A DNA stretch of 64,000 nucleotides, taken from assembly GCA_964016885.1 (NCBI GenBank), contig OZ024741.1, forward strand, positions 304,482,001 to 304,546,000, given 5' to 3'. Shown here piece after piece: positions 59,680 through 64,000 of the stretch; position 1 is the stretch's first letter, and the number at the start of each line of letters is the position of its first letter. The notes beneath the pieces were generated by a model. That model saw only the letters and a list, made by a program, of their open reading frames with translations. It ran no database searches and was not told where the DNA came from. The translations under genes were made by a program, and so were the position numbers. The stretch is from Eledone cirrhosa. Its lineage: Eukaryota.

Positions 59680-60030
59680 GATATTATTTTAATTTCTACG
59701 TTGTCTATATTACCGTCATGTCTTTGTCTGGCGTGTTCGTATAGTACTGAACCATTTTTTTGTCTTTTTAGTTCCCCCCAGTGTTGGTCTATTTTTTCTC
59801 CTATGCTTCGAGCTGTCTCACCTATGTATGTACAACGACATACATAGGTGAAAGAATAGACCAACACTGGGGGGTACTAAAAGAACAAAAAAAACGTTCA
59901 GTACTATACGAACACGCCAGACAAAGACATGACAGTAATATAGACTACATAGAAATGACTCAACAGATTGGCAAATCAGAGAAGCAACTGAGATAGAACT
60001 AAGAAGACCAAAGTTGAACAGAAAGATCAA
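59680..60030. mobile_element. Penelope-like GIY-YIG endonuclease remnant, inverted duplication
   Basis: YIGETARSIGEKIDQH...SVLYEHARQRH on the minus strand. The same segment on + is followed by QIREATEIELRRPKLNRK. Confidence 0.75.
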
Positions 60031-60472
60031 ATGGAATAACAAGAACAACCATACCCAAATATAAATAAATAAATATATACACAAGAACAATAACAACAAA
60101 CACATATAAACACACACTAGTGAACAAAGATAGAATACAAAAACACATACACCAAACATTATACACACACGCAAACACATGCGCAGAGACAAGAATAAAT
60201 AAATAAATAAATAAAAATAAAAATGGCATAGACATTACAATACAATACAATAGGAGGAAACATAATAGTACCACTGATGATGTGACAAAAGAACTTTGAT
60301 AGACTATATATATATATATATTTATATCTGTATTTTTAACCGCTGGTCAATCAATGATGAAGATTGATTGCCAAATAAATTAACTATAGAGATATAAAAG
60401 ATACAGAAGTGAAAACCAACCAAACAGTGAGTGTGTTGTGTTATTATTTCTGGCAATATTATCCCCAAGTAT

Positions 60473-60515
<43 letters not shown>

Positions 60516-60516
<1 letters not shown>

Positions 60517-61884
60517 GAGGTGTGTCAGAAAAGTAACATGACTTAATGTACTGTGACCTATGAGTGGGGTAGGGATTAGACAGTTGCGTCACCATGTGAT
60601 ATAATATCCAGGGAGTATATAACTGCGATCTCAGCTCTCTGCAGGCATTATATGTACTAGCAGAAAAACCACCCTTCGGGTGGTTTTCTGCTACCATGTG
60701 TCGTGTGTATATTGATATTATACGCAAGTATATATACATGTAGATATGATACATCAAATAAAATCGTAATTGACAATATAAACAGAAATTGAACGAAGAC
60801 GTTGTTACACTGTCTTATGTAATCAGTAACATAATCCATGATACATTAAAAAAGACGATATTATATATAAACAGCATTAGGAGAAAATTAGTATGTTTAT
60901 TTAAGTGATTGCCACCGGAAGTGTTGACATCACACACTCTCTCTTTCTATATATATGGTAGTTGAAGTGGTGGTGGTGGTGGTGGCAACAATATACCGGA
61001 AGTGCAACTTTGAAAAGAGGTCAATTTTAAATTATTTATTTTTACAAAATTATTTTTGTTTACGAAATTTAGTAGATAAATTATGTAATATTCATTCATT
61101 ATTTATTCAAAGTAATCCAACTTATTTTACTAACGAGATAAAAAAAATAAACCGTACGCAGTCCCGCAGACCTTCCTTTATTATAGTTTAGATTTCCACA
61201 TGCTTTTCTTAACAGCTCCTCAATTTTAGGCCATCAAGTTATGGACACAGAGCAACAAACTTATCTCAGGTTTCTGAACCAGCTGGGGAAAACTGTCAGA
61301 AACACTCGGAATACTGCAGCAAGTTTGCGGAGATGAGACAATATCACACTCACAGGTTTTCAAGTGGCACAAAAGGTGGAAGACGACCCCAGGAATGGAA
61401 GGCCTTCAATGAGCAGGACTGAGGCCAATGTTGAGTGAGTGGTAATCATCGGCTGGCTGTTTAACTGATTGCAAGTGAGCTGGGCATGAACTGCGACAGC
61501 ATTCGGAAGATTATCACTGAAGATTTGGCATACAGATCTGTGTGAAGATGGTGCCAAAGCTGCTGAACAACGACCAGAAGGAACGGCTACGTGCAGGTGT
61601 GTCATGACATCCTCGAGTATCTTGAATCTGATTTGCTGGGGAGAGTCTTCACTGGTAATGAGTTATGGATCTTCCAGCATGACCTGTTTTCTGGACGTGG
61701 AAGCCATCAAGAGGGTTGGGACAATGGAATCCTAAGTGAATCCTCTTGGGTTTGCATGGAGGCATGGTGGAGAAGCATGTTGGTTAGATTTGAGGGGGAT
61801 TATTTCAAAGGGTAAAACTTGTAGTTTGTATTTGAAATATTTCTTTTTTCAACCCCAATCCTGTTTTTTTCCTGACACACCTTG
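60516..61884 (+). mobile_element. Decayed mariner transposon with a nested Helitron
   Basis: TIRs TGAGGTGTGTCAGAAAA / TTTTCCTGACACACCTTG. Frameshifted transposase remnants at 61242-61800 (VFKWHKR, EDDPRNGRPS, MVPKLL, FTGNELW). Confidence 0.85.
60657..61192 (-). mobile_element. Non-autonomous Helitron inserted in the mariner
   Basis: Minus strand reads A|TCTAAACTATAATAAAGG ... hairpin ... CTAG|T, with no TSD. Confidence 0.75.
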
Positions 61885-61902
61885 TGTGCATATAAATATA
61901 TG

Positions 61903-62245
61903 TCATCATTTCAGCATTATTTCATTTTACGTCCGCTTTTCCCTGCTTGCAAGGGTGGGATGGGAACTGATTCTGGCTTGATTTCTACAGCTGGATGCCC
62001 TTCCTCACACCAACCTCATTTACAGTGAGTGCTGGGTGCTTTTTTTCTGTGGCACCTCCACGACCATTGCAGTGGAATGATAAGGACTGGGGTCCCTATC
62101 ATCTCATTTCTACAGCTGAGTAAACTGGAGCAATGTGAAAGAAAGTGTCTTGCTCAAAGAAACAACACATCACCCGGTCCGAGAATTGAACTCACAACCT
62201 TTCGATTGCAAGGCCAATGCTCTAACCACTAAACCATGTGCCTCC
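61903..62245 (-). mobile_element. SINE family 1 copy (partial extra copy at 62565-62705)
   Basis: Reverse complement of the 46880 element. Confidence 0.85.
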
Positions 62246-64000
62246 ATGATGATGATGATATATATATATATATATATCATCATCATCATTTTATGTCCGC
62301 TTTTCCCTGCTAAAGAAGAACCAAGGCCGTGCCTAAGAGCATTGGATTTGGTATACTTCATATTTGTTTCTGTTGCTGAATACAATCAAGGGTCACTGCT
62401 TCTCCTGAAGGTCAATAGTTCTCTTCTAACTCGAGTGGGAGCGCCTTTCCATTGTCAATTTGCATTGATCATCTGCAAAGCCGCATTATTCTCAGAACCA
62501 CCACACCAGTCTTTCAATGCGTGCAGCTGGAACTACTGCCAACCATTGATTTGGCAGAGTCACAACTCATTTCTACAGCTGAGTAAACTGGAGCAACGTG
62601 AAATAAAGTGTCTTGCTCAAGGACACAACACATCACCCGGTCCGAGAATCGAACTCACAACCTTTCGATTGGAAGCCCAATGCTCTAACCACTAAGCCAT
62701 GTGCCTATATATATATATATATATATACACAAAAGCACCCTAGTAGAATGCTTCTGGCCTGGTCATTTTTTTTCAATTTTAAGTAATTCCAGCATGTGTT
62801 CCCTGTAAATTGGTCAGGCCTGGCACAGAACTTTCCAGTCGAGGGAGGCGAACTCCTACTGACAACGTGGTTGCTGGCAAATTATGTAATGTATACTAAC
62901 ATCTAATTTCTGCACAGTGGTTCCACTTGGACCATCGCCAGCAGATCGGAATTGTAGAAACTGGTGCATTGGTCCAGGTAACTTAAATTTACTACCGACA
63001 TGAAATCATCTTCCTCACTGATTAATGTTTAAGTGTACACTCTAATCGGTTGGGTTTGAATTTTAATAATTCAGACTTAATTAAATTATTGAGAAAGCGA
63101 GGAAAGAACCAAAGATGTGTCCATTCTATTCAATAAGCTTCGTTCCATAATATATATATTTCCTAGTCAGACTATACCTGTTTTACTGTTTTTTAATTTA
63201 TCCCTAATTCATCTTCAGGTGTCCTATCTTGATAACCACTTTAATTACCTTTGGTTAGCCTACACTATTTAATTGGTCAAGGAGCCACCTAAGAGCTAAA
63301 TTCCAGCCAAGCATGTTAGCCCAGAGACCTTGATCGGTTTCACGGATATTATATACAGGCTGAGGAGAGCAATTTTACCGCCTAACCCCCTCCTGGACAC
63401 TCGATATACACATCGTAAGATTTTACTCTGGCATCCAGCTCATCGAGTGCTTGAATCTCCAGTCAGTGGGGATCGAACATCTGGATCTGATACGCAGAAC
63501 CTGATCTGACGGAAGACTGGAGAGCGATATGGCTATCATGCTTCCAGTTAAACTATAACCATAGGCTCTGGTTTATAGATTAGACCTATAGAGATCTATC
63601 TCCTTACTCCTTACTCTTTCATCTTTTTCATTATTATAATAATTATTTCATTATAATCATCTCTTTCCCACATACTCTTCCTTTTGATATAACCTTTCCT
63701 TTTACTTTTTATTTTTTATTTTTAGTTAATTTTTAATTCTTTAATTTTTTATTTATTGAAAAATATATTTTAAGTAGTTACTTGATTTCGGTTAAAATAT
63801 TCAAGGGTGCTGCAGGCTTGTGGACAAGTGGAGCTGGGAGAGAATAACTGTTTGCTACTGCTATGGCTTAAGCCTCGCAGTCACCCCGACTGTAACTTAG
63901 GACACACAATTTCATATCAAAAACCTTGCAAAACAAATATATATATTCCGAGGCCATAGTATCTAGAATAAGGACAGGTTGGAAGAAGTTTAGGGAGCTG

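Noticed and set aside
60270-60305. Hammerhead ribozyme after the Penelope-like remnant (CTGATGA)
   Set aside because: No intact stem II-GAAA or stems I/III could be drawn; at most a decayed relic.
60658-60693. Rho-independent terminator-like hairpin
   Set aside because: Eukaryotic DNA; better explained as a Helitron 3' terminus.
60915-61003. ETS motif pair as the UBR3 core promoter
   Set aside because: Both motifs lie inside a Helitron nested in a mariner, and a closer candidate TSS exists near 55.6 kb.

Overview
AT-rich, repeat-dense eukaryotic DNA. The repeat landscape (tRNA-derived SINEs, RTE/CR1 LINEs, (TA)n and (CAT)n) suggests a cephalopod, probably Octopus, though this is inference. 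One protein-coding gene dominates: a UBR3-type N-recognin E3 ubiquitin ligase on the minus strand. I traced 27 coding exons by hand (55135 to 874, 4049 nt, about 1349 aa); all are GT-AG and phase-consistent, and the gene continues past the window's left edge. Introns and the upstream region are full of transposons: a CR1-clade LINE with an uninterrupted EN-RT ORF2, three RTE families, two main SINE families, Penelope-like GIY-YIG remnants, Helitrons, and mariner, hAT, piggyBac and Tc1/pogo MITEs. The best lead is the CR1 ORF1/ORF2 junction. ORF2 has no usable AUG, and ORF1 ends in an in-phase G_GGA_AAC slippery heptamer, which suggests -1 ribosomal frameshifting. Other leads are a C4HC3 PHD finger inside an RTE reverse transcriptase, a SINE built from two different RTE 3' ends, and several long fold-back hairpins.
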